A stretch of 9,895 bases of DNA from Escherichia coli (GTDB lineage Bacteria > Pseudomonadota > Gammaproteobacteria > Enterobacterales > Enterobacteriaceae): the NCBI RefSeq assembly GCF_003334355.1, contig NZ_QOWP01000057.1; one strand, given 5' to 3'. Positions within the stretch are counted from its first letter, which is position 1. Every line of letters starts with the position of its first letter. Position numbers and translations under genes: made by a program. Shown piece by piece: positions 1 through 8,500 of the stretch. The notes below the pieces were generated by a model. The model was given only the letters and a program-made list of their open reading frames with translations. It made no database searches and was not told the origin of the DNA.

Positions 1-116
1 TGAATCTGAGGCAGCACCTGGCACGGCTGGGACGGAAGTCGCTGTCGTTCTCAAAATCGGTGGAGCTGCATGACAAAGTCATCGGGCATTATCTGAACAT
101 AAAACACTATCAATAA
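1..116 (+). CDS. insB: IS1 transposase InsB, C-terminal portion (5' end outside window)
   Basis: Frame starting at 3 translates to [37 protein letters not shown] with stop TAA at 114-116, which is the recalled InsB C-terminus. No start codon in window. Confidence 0.8.
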
Positions 117-131
117 GTTGGAGTCATTACC
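1..131 (+). mobile_element. IS1 insertion sequence, right-end fragment (element continues upstream of window start)
   Basis: Positions 1-131 match, from memory of the IS1 sequence, the InsB C-terminal coding region followed by the terminal inverted repeat (...CACTATCAATAAGTTGGAGTCATTACC ending at 131). Flanking DNA starts at 132. Confidence 0.85.
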
Positions 132-698
132 CAACTAATCTTATCTATATATCATGTGATATGTTCTGTAACAAGTAAAATCAACATAAAAAATTCAGCA
201 AAATTTAATATTCGCTCAACTAGCCGTCTCACATATGACATTATTAGTCAACTCCATTTGCCACAAAATGGCTATTTCATGGAACGCAGTAATTTCTTAG
301 TGGCTATTATCATGCTAATTCTTAGGTCCCTAGCGATTATTCCTGGCTGGTTCGTCAGTTTAGACCATGAGATTGTTACATTCCTTTTTATCATGGAGAT
401 ATGGGGGAAAGCAGGAAACGATTTTTTCATCTGCATCCGTTGGTAAATATGGCTTTGGTCACTACGACTTAAACCTTCCTCAATCACAGCTGTTCGCCGG
501 GCGATACGGCAAACAAACTAAGTGAGGCATCACCCTGAAAACACCAACATCAACAAGCCTCTCCAGATCGGCTTCAGGAGTGACCAGTTACAAGCCACAA
601 ACCAGGAAACATATTTCATGATGAGAATTATGCTAAGCCTGATGGCGGGTAAACACTTATTTTCACCAAGCTCACTGAGTTAGCTTACAAAGCTTCCC

Positions 699-717
699 TT
701 ATTTAGACTCTAAATAA
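699..717. repeat. Perfect 9-bp inverted repeat TTATTTAGA-C-TCTAAATAA, followed by a second IR AGATATT-N6-AATATCT at ~733-752
   Basis: Read directly from sequence. Lies in the AT-rich nanC-upstream regulatory region; candidate protein-binding palindrome. Confidence 0.4.
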
Positions 718-878
718 ATTATTTATAAAACAGATATTTAAAAGAATATCTTTAGTTTTTGAAGACCACCGCAAGTGTTCGTCTGGCTTCACATGGCATC
801 TTCCTCTTAGAAAAAGATCGACATATTTTGTGACACGAATTGCAAATCTGGTTTTGTTGTATGGATTGCGTGATTTTT

Positions 879-906
879 GATCTGGTATAACAGGTATAAA
901 GGTGCA
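879..906. promoter_or_regulatory. NanR-type operator: GGTATA-ACA-GGTATA-AA-GGTGCA repeats immediately preceded by a GATC Dam site
   Basis: GATC at 879-882; GGTATA at 884-889 and 893-898; degenerate third repeat GGTGCA at 901-906. Tandem GGTATA hexamers are the recognised NanR binding motif, and such a site is known in the fimB-nanC intergenic region. Confidence 0.6.
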
Positions 907-1157
907 CCGCGATAGACAATGAGACAGGGCATCTTGCAATCTATGGCAAACATCACTTCAGTTCTTTCTCATCGGGTGATGAAAACGCACTTCAGTCTGA
1001 AAGGAATATGAAAATGAGATCAACAAACACTCTATTTTATGACTCTGGGTAAAATGGATTGAGTAAGTGATATAGCTTACGAACATTCAAATCAATTAAA
1101 CATCAGAAGAGATTTTATACTCAGGTATTTAATCTGGCTCTCTGTTTATTTAAATAA

Positions 1158-1178
1158 TGTGAAAAGAGAATTTTCACA
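1158..1178. repeat. Perfect 8-bp inverted repeat TGTGAAAA-N5-TTTTCACA about 145 bp upstream of the nanC start
   Basis: Read directly from sequence; candidate operator in the nanC promoter region. Spacing does not fit a canonical CRP site. Confidence 0.4.
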
Positions 1179-1321
1179 GGAGACCTTATACAAAAAATAT
1201 AAAATAAGCTACCCATTGCCAAAGACACTATAAGCCTGGCAAAAAATATTACACAACATAAATGCTAATTGTTTATGCGGGCTTTGTATTGCTTTCTGTA
1301 TCCTACAAATGAGTGAAATTT

Positions 1322-2038
1322 ATGAAAAAGGCTAAAATACTTTCTGGCGTATTATTACTGTGCTTTTCGTCACCATTAATTTCTCAGGCTGCGACACTGG
1401 ACGTACGTGGTGGATATCGTAGCGGAAGCCATGCCTATGAGACTCGACTCAAAGTCAGTGAGGGATGGCAAAATGGATGGTGGGCAAGCATGGAAAGTAA
1501 TACCTGGAATACCATTCATGATAATAAAAAGGAAAATGCCGCACTCAATGATGTTCAGGTTGAAGTTAATTACGCGATTAAACTTGATGATCAATGGACG
1601 GTGCGCCCGGGAATGTTAACGCATTTTAGCAGCAACGGCACCCGCTACGGACCCTACGTAAAACTGTCCTGGGACGCGACAAAAGATCTTAATTTTGGCA
1701 TTCGCTATCGTTACGACTGGAAAGCTTACCGACAACAAGACTTATCCGGTGATATGTCTCGTGATAACGTTCATCGTTGGGATGGATATGTCACTTACCA
1801 TATTAATAGTGATTTCACCTTCGCATGGCAAACGACGCTATACAGCAAACAGAACGATTATCGCTATGCAAACCATAAGAAATGGGCGACGGAAAATGCA
1901 TTTGTTCTACAATACCATATGACGCCCGATATTACGCCATACATAGAATATGACTACCTTGACCGTCAGGGTGTTTACAACGGCAGAGATAATTTATCGG
2001 AAAACAGTTATCGCATTGGTGTGTCATTTAAACTGTAG
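1322..2038 (+). CDS. nanC: N-acetylneuraminic acid outer-membrane channel NanC (KdgM-family porin), 238 aa
   Basis: ORF-track frame 1313-2038. Chosen start is the ATG at 1322 (MKKAKILSGVLLLCFSSPLISQA..., signal peptide ending AQA-A); the track start at 1313 is an upstream GTG. Sequence recognised as E. coli NanC (YjhA). Stop TAG 2036-2038. Confidence 0.93.
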   Translation: MKKAKILSGVLLLCFSSPLISQAATLDVRGGYRSGSHAYETRLKVSEGWQNGWWASMESNTWNTIHDNKKENAALNDVQVEVNYAIKLDDQWTVRPGMLTHFSSNGTRYGPYVKLSWDATKDLNFGIRYRYDWKAYRQQDLSGDMSRDNVHRWDGYVTYHINSDFTFAWQTTLYSKQNDYRYANHKKWATENAFVLQYHMTPDITPYIEYDYLDRQGVYNGRDNLSENSYRIGVSFKL

Positions 2039-2057
2039 TAGACAGGAGACAGTCACA

Positions 2058-3164
2058 ATGAATAAAACAATAACGGCGCTTGCTATCATAATGGCTTCAT
2101 TTGCCGCAAACGCGTCTGTATTACCGGAAACTCCTGTGCCATTTAAAAGTGGTACCGGAGCAATTGATAACGACACTGTCTACATTGGTTTAGGTAGCGC
2201 AGGTACAGCATGGTACAAGCTGGATACACAGGCCAAAGATAAAAAATGGACAGCGTTAGCTGCATTCCCTGGTGGACCGAGAGATCAAGCAACCTCTGCA
2301 TTTATTGATGGTAATCTGTATGTGTTTGGCGGCATTGGCAAAAACAGCGAGGGCTTGACTCAGGTATTTAATGACGTACACAAATACAACCCCAAAACCA
2401 ATAGCTGGGTTAAATTGATGTCGCACGCGCCGATGGGCATGGCGGGCCATGTGACTTTTGTACACAACGGCAAGGCTTATGTTACTGGCGGTGTTAACCA
2501 GAATATCTTCAATGGCTATTTTGAAGATCTCAACGAAGCTGGAAAAGATTCAACCACTATAGATAAAATCAACGCCCACTATTTTGACAAAAAAGCAGAA
2601 GATTATTTCTTCAATAAGTTTCTGTTGTCTTTTGATCCCTCTACACAGCAATGGAGTTACGCTGGCGAATCTCCCTGGTACGGAACGGCTGGTGCGGCGG
2701 TTGTGAATAAAGGTGATAAAACCTGGCTTATTAATGGCGAAGCCAAACCAGGATTGCGAACGGATGCCGTATTTGAACTTGATTTCACCGGTAATAATTT
2801 AAAATGGAATAAGCTTGCTCCCGTCGCATCACCAGATGGCGTCGCTGGCGGTTTTGCAGGCATGAGCAATGACTCACTTATATTTGCCGGAGGGGCCGGA
2901 TTCAAAGGTTCACGAGAAAATTACCAGAACGGTAAGAACTATGCGCATGAAGGCCTGAAAAAATCATATAGCGCTGATATTCATCTTTGGCATAACGGGA
3001 AATGGGATAAATCGGGCGAATTATCGCAAGGTCGGGCCTACGGAGTATCATTGCCCTGGAATAATAGTTTATTAATTATTGGCGGTGAAACTGCAGGCGG
3101 CAAAGCGGTGACGGATTCAGTTTTAATTTCTGTGAAGGATAATAAAGTCACAGTACAAAACTAA
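2058..3164 (+). CDS. nanM: N-acetylneuraminate mutarotase NanM (Kelch-repeat beta-propeller, periplasmic), 368 aa
   Basis: ORF-track frame 1950-3164. Chosen start is the ATG at 2058 preceded by AGGAGA (2044-2049); the track start at 1950 overlaps the nanC 3' end. MNKTITALAIIMASFAANASV... signal peptide; recognised as NanM (YjhT). Confidence 0.93.
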   Translation: MNKTITALAIIMASFAANASVLPETPVPFKSGTGAIDNDTVYIGLGSAGTAWYKLDTQAKDKKWTALAAFPGGPRDQATSAFIDGNLYVFGGIGKNSEGLTQVFNDVHKYNPKTNSWVKLMSHAPMGMAGHVTFVHNGKAYVTGGVNQNIFNGYFEDLNEAGKDSTTIDKINAHYFDKKAEDYFFNKFLLSFDPSTQQWSYAGESPWYGTAGAAVVNKGDKTWLINGEAKPGLRTDAVFELDFTGNNLKWNKLAPVASPDGVAGGFAGMSNDSLIFAGGAGFKGSRENYQNGKNYAHEGLKKSYSADIHLWHNGKWDKSGELSQGRAYGVSLPWNNSLLIIGGETAGGKAVTDSVLISVKDNKVTVQN

Positions 3165-3170
3165 CGCTTC

Positions 3171-3192
3171 AGGGCCCCGGTAAAGGGGCCTT
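3171..3192 (+). other. GC-rich stem-loop (AGGGCCCC / GGGGCCTT, loop GGTAAA) in the nanM-nanS intergenic region
   Basis: 8-bp stem read directly from sequence, starting 7 nt after the nanM stop. No clean downstream T-tract, so it looks more like an intra-operon attenuator or RNA-stability hairpin than a strong terminator. Confidence 0.4.
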
Positions 3193-3228
3193 GCTATCAA
3201 TTTGTCATTTGTATTACGCGAAAATTAT

Positions 3229-4209
3229 ATGAACGCAATAATATCGCCCGATTATTACTATGTTCTTACCGTTGCTGGTCAGTCTAATGCCATGGCGTAT
3301 GGCGAAGGACTACCATTACCGGACAAGGAAGATGCGCCTCATCCCAGAATTAAACAATTAGCGAGATTTGCGCATACACATCCCGGAGGCCCGTCATGTC
3401 ACTTTAACGACATTATTCCACTGACTCACTGCCCACACGATGTTCAGGATATGCAGGGTTATCACCATCCTCTGGCAACGAATCATCAAACACAGTACGG
3501 CACCGTTGGCCAGGCACTACATATAGCACGGAAATTACTGCCCTTTATTCCTGATAATGCAGGGGTTCTCATCGTTCCGTGTTGCCGTGGCGGATCGGCT
3601 TTTACCGCGGGCAGCGAAGGGACATATTCAGAACGGCACGGAGCCAGCCATGATGCTTGTCGTTGGGGAACGGATACTCCGCTATACCAGGATTTAGTCA
3701 GCAGAACGCGAGCCGCACTGGCAAAAAATCCGCAGAACAAATTCCTCGGCGTATGCTGGATGCAAGGCGAATTTGACTTAATGACCAGTGACTACGCGTC
3801 ACACCCTCAACACTTTAATCATATGGTTGACGCCTTTCGTAGGGATCTAAAACAATACCATTCTCAGCTTAATAAAATTACTGACGCGCCGTGGTTTTGC
3901 GGCGATACCACCTGGTACTGGAAAGAAAATTTCCCTCATGCGTATGAAGCTATTTATGGCAATTATCAAAATAATGTTCTAGCCAATATTATTTTCGTCG
4001 ACTTCCAGCAACAAGGTGCAAGAGGACTGACGAACGCGCCTGATGAAGATCCGGACGATTTAAGCACGGGATATTACGGTTCAGCGTACCGGTCACCGGA
4101 GAACTGGACGACGGCACTGCGAAGCAGTCATTTCAGCGCGGCAGCCCGTCGAGGGATTATTTCTGACAGGTTTGTAGAAGCAATTTTGCAGTTTTGGCGC
4201 GAAAGGTGA
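3229..4209 (+). CDS. nanS: 9-O-acetyl-N-acetylneuraminate esterase NanS, 326 aa
   Basis: ORF-track frame 3202-4209. Chosen start is the ATG at 3229 (MNAIISPDYYYVLTVAGQSNAMAYGEG...); the track start at 3202 is a TTG. Recognised as NanS (YjhS). Stop TGA 4207-4209. Confidence 0.9.
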   Translation: MNAIISPDYYYVLTVAGQSNAMAYGEGLPLPDKEDAPHPRIKQLARFAHTHPGGPSCHFNDIIPLTHCPHDVQDMQGYHHPLATNHQTQYGTVGQALHIARKLLPFIPDNAGVLIVPCCRGGSAFTAGSEGTYSERHGASHDACRWGTDTPLYQDLVSRTRAALAKNPQNKFLGVCWMQGEFDLMTSDYASHPQHFNHMVDAFRRDLKQYHSQLNKITDAPWFCGDTTWYWKENFPHAYEAIYGNYQNNVLANIIFVDFQQQGARGLTNAPDEDPDDLSTGYYGSAYRSPENWTTALRSSHFSAAARRGIISDRFVEAILQFWRER

Positions 4210-4219
4210 GCGTTCATTA

Positions 4220-4488
4220 ATTTGATTTATTCGCATCCATCAGCGCTTTTAACTCCTCCGGCGTAAACGGTGGTTTGCGTCGGTGCAACATCGCATGGCA
4301 ATTAGGGCACACAGGAAGTAAAAAAACATATGAGATCAAGGTAATATATCTTCGCTTGCAGGCTTGAACCGCAGAAAATTTGCGAGCATGATCGCAATTA
4401 TTTCACTGCCAGGGATATCAATGGCTTCCAGTAAATCGCTGACGAGCCTTTTTTTGCTCTCCAGCAAATCCGTAAGCAGCGTGACCCA
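4220..4488 (-). pseudogene. HNH endonuclease remnant (C-terminal CxxCH zinc-finger region), frameshifted, no start codon
   Basis: - strand frame with codons at 4402..4220 ends ...LISYVFLLPVCPNCHAMLHRRKPPFTPEELKALMDANKSN* (stop 4217-4219). An adjacent - strand frame (4488..4339) gives the protein-like VTLLTDLLESKKRLVSDLLEAIDIPGSEIIAIMLANFLRFKPASEDILP. The two segments are in different frames and both are bounded by stops upstream. Confidence 0.4.
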
Positions 4489-4857
4489 TTATTTCGCAAA
4501 CATGTATTACGCGCTTATAACTACCAGTGCGCAATATGTAGCTTTAATATTTGTTACGGCAACTCCACCGTCTCACTGGAAGCGACACATATAAAATGGA
4601 AACAACATGGTGGCCCTTGTGAAATTCCCAATGGCCTGGCGCTTTGCGCGATACATCATAAAGCCTTTGATAAAGGAACGATTGGCCTGGATGAAAATAT
4701 GCGGGTACTGGTATTGGATGCGGTAAACGGCGGAGAGATCATTGAGAGGTCATTCTGGGATTTTGACGGAAAAATTATTGCGTTGCCACAGGTGCGTAAA
4801 AATTACCCTTTTGAGGGGGTTGTAGAGTGGCATCGGAAAGAGTTTTTTAGGGGGTGA
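4435..4857 (+). pseudogene. HNH_2-type endonuclease remnant (N-terminally truncated; in-frame TAA at 4432-4434)
   Basis: + frame 4435-4857 translates to ...QQIRKQRDPLFRKHVLRAYNYQCAICSFNICYGNSTVSLEATHIKWKQHGGPCEIPNGLALCAIHHKAFDKGTIGLDENMRVLV...EFFRG*. This matches the recalled HNH_2 signature (FR..vL.aY..CAiC ... LEAaHI ... NGLaLC..HH.aFD.G). No plausible start codon or RBS; the upstream frame is closed by stops. Confidence 0.5.
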
Positions 4858-4860
4858 GGT

Positions 4861-5169
4861 AACCATTATATATCTTTCACCTAGAATTTTAAATGTAATA
4901 GATAAAGTATTTTCTGACACCGAAAGTATTATTTATGAGTACATAGCCATAAATCAATTTTAAAATCTCAATATAAAACACGTTTACAAATATTCTAGTC
5001 AGAGTAAATATATATTCATTATAAGAGAATCCAATTATTAACCAATCGACATTACAAATTAAAAAATAATTAGCATGTTGAACTGTACATTAATTTATAT
5101 ACATAGTAAATTTACATCTATTCATGATATAATTATCGTGATATCAATTCATTAATCAGGAAAATCATA
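4861..5169. other. Strongly AT-rich intergenic block (by eye well under 30% GC)
   Basis: Dense A/T runs and TA-rich words read directly from sequence, contrasting with the nanCMS genes. Typical of horizontally acquired DNA and promoter islands. Confidence 0.7.
5125..5133 (+). promoter_or_regulatory. Candidate extended -10 promoter element TGATATAAT upstream of the 5170 ORF
   Basis: TG-n-TATAAT at 5125-5133, about 37 nt upstream of ATG 5170. No good -35 at 17 bp spacing; the AT-rich context makes chance matches likely. Confidence 0.3.
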
Positions 5170-5472
5170 ATGGAATTATTAAATACTTATGATGATAAAG
5201 AAACAGCTGAAATATTTTTTGAAAGAATAGAAGGAGAGAAAAGATTAGCAAGTGAACGAGATGCTACGGAAACAGTCTATAACCTCTTCGGGCAACCAAC
5301 CTGGAAAAATTTATATCTTCTTGATATGTTTAACCTAAAAGAATTACAAGGGATTATAGAGTGTAGAAAAAATGGACAGTCTTTCGACCAGGAACGACAC
5401 CGGGAAATAATAAAAATGCTTGAATATGCAGCAAAATCGTTTGACTTAATTATTCCTGCACATTGGCGATAA
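5170..5472 (+). CDS. Hypothetical small protein (100 aa), function unknown
   Basis: ORF-track 5170-5472. AGGAAAA 5 nt upstream of the ATG; followed by a strong hairpin terminator. Sequence (MELLNTYDDKETAEIFFERIEGEKRLASERDATETVYNLFGQPTWKNLYLLD...) not recognised as any family I know. Confidence 0.5.
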   Translation: MELLNTYDDKETAEIFFERIEGEKRLASERDATETVYNLFGQPTWKNLYLLDMFNLKELQGIIECRKNGQSFDQERHREIIKMLEYAAKSFDLIIPAHWR

Positions 5473-5474
5473 TA

Positions 5475-5507
5475 TCTGCTCCATATCTCACAGAGATATG
5501 GAGCAGA
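5475..5507. terminator. Bidirectional intrinsic terminator between convergent genes
   Basis: 15-bp perfect stem (5475-5489 pairs with 5493-5507; TCTGCTCCATATCTC / GAGATATGGAGCAGA) with 3-nt loop ACA. Flanked by A/T-rich tracts on both sides, between the 5170-5472 ORF stop and the 5519 stop of the - strand gene. Confidence 0.7.
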
Positions 5508-5518
5508 ATCATATTTAT

Positions 5519-8500
5519 TTACTCGCTAACCATCTTACTGAATAATTTCTCCAGATACAATGAGCCAGTATCCTCAATAAAAAGCACATTTCTGGCTTCC
5601 AGATTCTCTTTTGAATCAGGTACGTTTACTAAGTCAACATAACAAGTTTCAGAAACAATAAATGCACTTAATGATAAGTTATCATCCGATAATTTATGTT
5701 CAAGATTCTTGATTTCTTTATATAATCCGAACTTTGGATCATCAAGATTAAGATTGCGGATGCCTTTTGGATCAATAAGACTTAACCATTGTTTACCACT
5801 TTTATCATCGACTAACCACAATAAGAAATCCGGATAAAAATTACCCGCAGTAGCAAAGCCCAGGCCTCTATTTTTAGAATCCGCATTTCTTAGCAGATAT
5901 AAACTTTTATCACCAATAATTTTCTGCCCTTTTGTCGAATCAACAAAAGACTGAAGATCATGGACAAAAGTAATCTCACTTGATGCACCCAGTGTTGCCG
6001 GTCGCATTTTTAGCGGTATGTTGGCATTTTTTTCAATCGAAAGAAGTGGATAATAGAGATGTTTATCAAAGGTAATAGCAACCATCCCGGATGCACTCCA
6101 GGATTTTGCTTTACCGATTTCGCCGTCGATGACCAATTGTTGTAATTGTTCCAGCCGACTGGCATATGCCAACCCATCATCAGTTTCTTCGATCTCGAAA
6201 TGGTACATTTTGATCATACCAGGATCATCTTCTTTCACCTGCGTGACTTCATAAAACTGACCTTCATAAGCATTTTTCAATGTGTTGTAAAAGCGATCAG
6301 TATAATCAGTCAGCAGACGAAGCATAATATCTTCCTGCTTAGCAATATCTGCATATTGCTTAATCTCAAGCTCTGAAGCTGGAATCAAAAGGGTATACCA
6401 ACTATTTCCGATCTTTGTCTTACCGGTACAAAAGTCGATCAAACGTTGTTTATCCACACGTAAATTTGACCAGCCGCGTTGTAGTTTATAATTCTGAATG
6501 GCGAGATAAAGCCGATCAAAATCAAACGCACTAATGATTTTATAATCTAACTTCGCTTCATTACGCACGTTAACCGGAGTATTGTCCCCTTTTCTGCTGG
6601 TATCAATCGACTCAAGTTTCGGGTATAGGTCCAGCTTAATATGCGGCTGCTTAATTTTCCCCTGAAAATCAGCAGGAACTTCATACAATTCGGGAAAATA
6701 GACACGTTTAAAGCCGAGTCTTTGATTATCTTTATAACCATCTTTAAGCTTAAGTGTTTTAAGCCTGGTTGCTGGCATATTTGGCCGAGTTTCAAAATTC
6801 AGCTCAAGGATCTCGTCACTTGGCGTAATCCCTTCATCTTCCAGGTATTGTTTAAAGGTTGCCATGTAATCGGCACGTACACCGAATACATTCAGTGTCT
6901 CTAATTTTTCCAGATGCAACCCTTTCGGACGCTCACCGGGTGTACTGCGTTTCAAAGAATAATTGCGACCTTTAAGGCGAACGCCACGACCAAATAACTG
7001 AATGATCTGTGAACCTTCTCCACGGCCCATATTGAGCAATCCCATCGTTGAGACGCGCCAACTGCTCCAGCCTTCAGTAAATTTTCGCGAGCCGATCAAA
7101 ATATGTAGTTGCGAGTCTTTGTCATTTAACGTATGAAAGAGTGACTTCGCAAAATCATCTCTCTGATAATCAAATGTCGTATCCTCTTCACACATTTTGT
7201 AAAGAGACGGTGCATCACCAATATTGATAAGACCAAACGGTTCGGCCTCACCAACCTGTAATGCCAGTTCACCTTTACTGCCTATTAAATTCAGAACTCG
7301 CAGTCTCTGACCTGAGTGAGTGGTGTTAAACAAACGAGAAAGAATATCTGCGTAGATATCTTCCGGGCCGTTCATTAGTGCGGTAAAGCGATTTTCAAAA
7401 ATGTTACGCTCTTTGGTATCAAGAATTCGCGCTTTATTTTCAATGAGATCTTTAATCCACGATTTTGCCTGCGATTCATGATTTAAAAACCATGCTAAAA
7501 AACGCAGTACTGCGTGAATGTCTGAATCTTCACCACTTACGGTGTTACCGACAAAAACCCATAGCGGTTTTTCGATATTAAATTCATTTAATTTTTCTTT
7601 ATTCTTATTGAATAAATATTGTTGCTGATAAAAGCTGAGCAAACACGCGGTAAAATACTCATACCGACGCTCATCTTTTTTATCCTCTTCAGGATTAAGG
7701 TTAAGAATCAGTGATTCTTTACCATAACCATCCTCATAGAAGAATTTATAGGAGTAATCGAACAGAATCGATTTCCCATAGACTTCTCGTGTCGCCTGAA
7801 TACGCGCATCACGTTGTTCTTCGCTGGTTAATGCTATTTGCGCTAACTGTTCTTCGCTCAGTTTACCTAAGGCAGTTGTTTCAAAAAGCAGCTTTGCTTT
7901 TTTCTTCTGAATTTCTGTTTCAACTGCCTCAACATTATTGCCACCGGCCACTGCCTGGCCAAAAGTTGCTGAATATTCAAACGCAAATCCGTCACGCGTT
8001 AATTTGTCACGACGGCGCATCCAGGCACCAGCAGCACTTCCTGTGCCTTTATGCCCTTCATCAATCAGGACCAGATTGTTGCCTTCAAATGCCTCAACGG
8101 CAACAGTTTTGTCACCCATTTCATCGGCAAGTTTATTGATATCAATAACTTCAATCGTGCCTTTAAATGGCGCGGATTTACTCTTATCGAATAACTGGTA
8201 TTGGGTAAATCCTGAGTTTTCCAGTTCATCTAAATGTTGCTTCGATAGGCGTTCATCCGGCGTAAGCAGGATGATTTTATCCGGGTAATGATGGCTATTA
8301 CCGTTCTGGAAATAATGTAAATATTGCAAAATATTGACATGTAATAGCAGTGTCTTACCAGAACCAGTAGCGTTCCAGTATGCCAGTTTATTCAAATCAT
8401 CCAGAACGTATGATTTGAACTGATTAGCCCGGTCTTTTGCTGTTTTATCATTTTCAGCATTGTATGCTGCCAGCTCGTTATTTAGCCCATCGAGTAATTG

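Noticed and set aside
1-150. fimB coding sequence at the window start
   Set aside because: The sequence is the IS1 right end, and the expected - strand FimB N-terminus is not in the window.
156-939. Intergenic ORFs 156-446 (+), 272-487 (-) and 703-939 (-)
   Set aside because: Low-complexity, non-protein-like translations with no RBS. They lie in a known regulatory intergenic region, and 703-939 overlaps the NanR-type operator.
1158-1178. Canonical CRP site at the TGTGA...TCACA palindrome
   Set aside because: The spacing between the TGTGA and TCACA pentamers is 11 nt, not the 6 nt of the CRP consensus.
1313-1321. ORF-track start of nanC at 1313 (GTG, MKFMKKAK...)
   Set aside because: The ATG at 1322 gives the recognised NanC N-terminus MKKAKIL... 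with a typical signal peptide.
1950-2057. ORF-track N-terminal extension of nanM starting at 1950
   Set aside because: It overlaps the 3' end of nanC in another frame. The ATG at 2058 has a good AGGAGA RBS and gives the known NanM signal peptide.
3202-3228. ORF-track start of nanS at 3202 (TTG)
   Set aside because: The internal ATG at 3229 yields the recognised NanS N-terminus (MNAIISPDYYY...).
1376-3740. ORF-track entries inside or antisense to nanC, nanM and nanS (1376-1594, 1407-1619, 1695-1922, 2256-2465, 2657-2905, 3486-3740)
   Set aside because: Alternative-frame or antisense ORFs within well-supported genes; no independent support.
4364-4594. ORF 4364-4594 (+), 76 aa
   Set aside because: Low-complexity translation, out of frame with and overlapping the HNH-like remnants.
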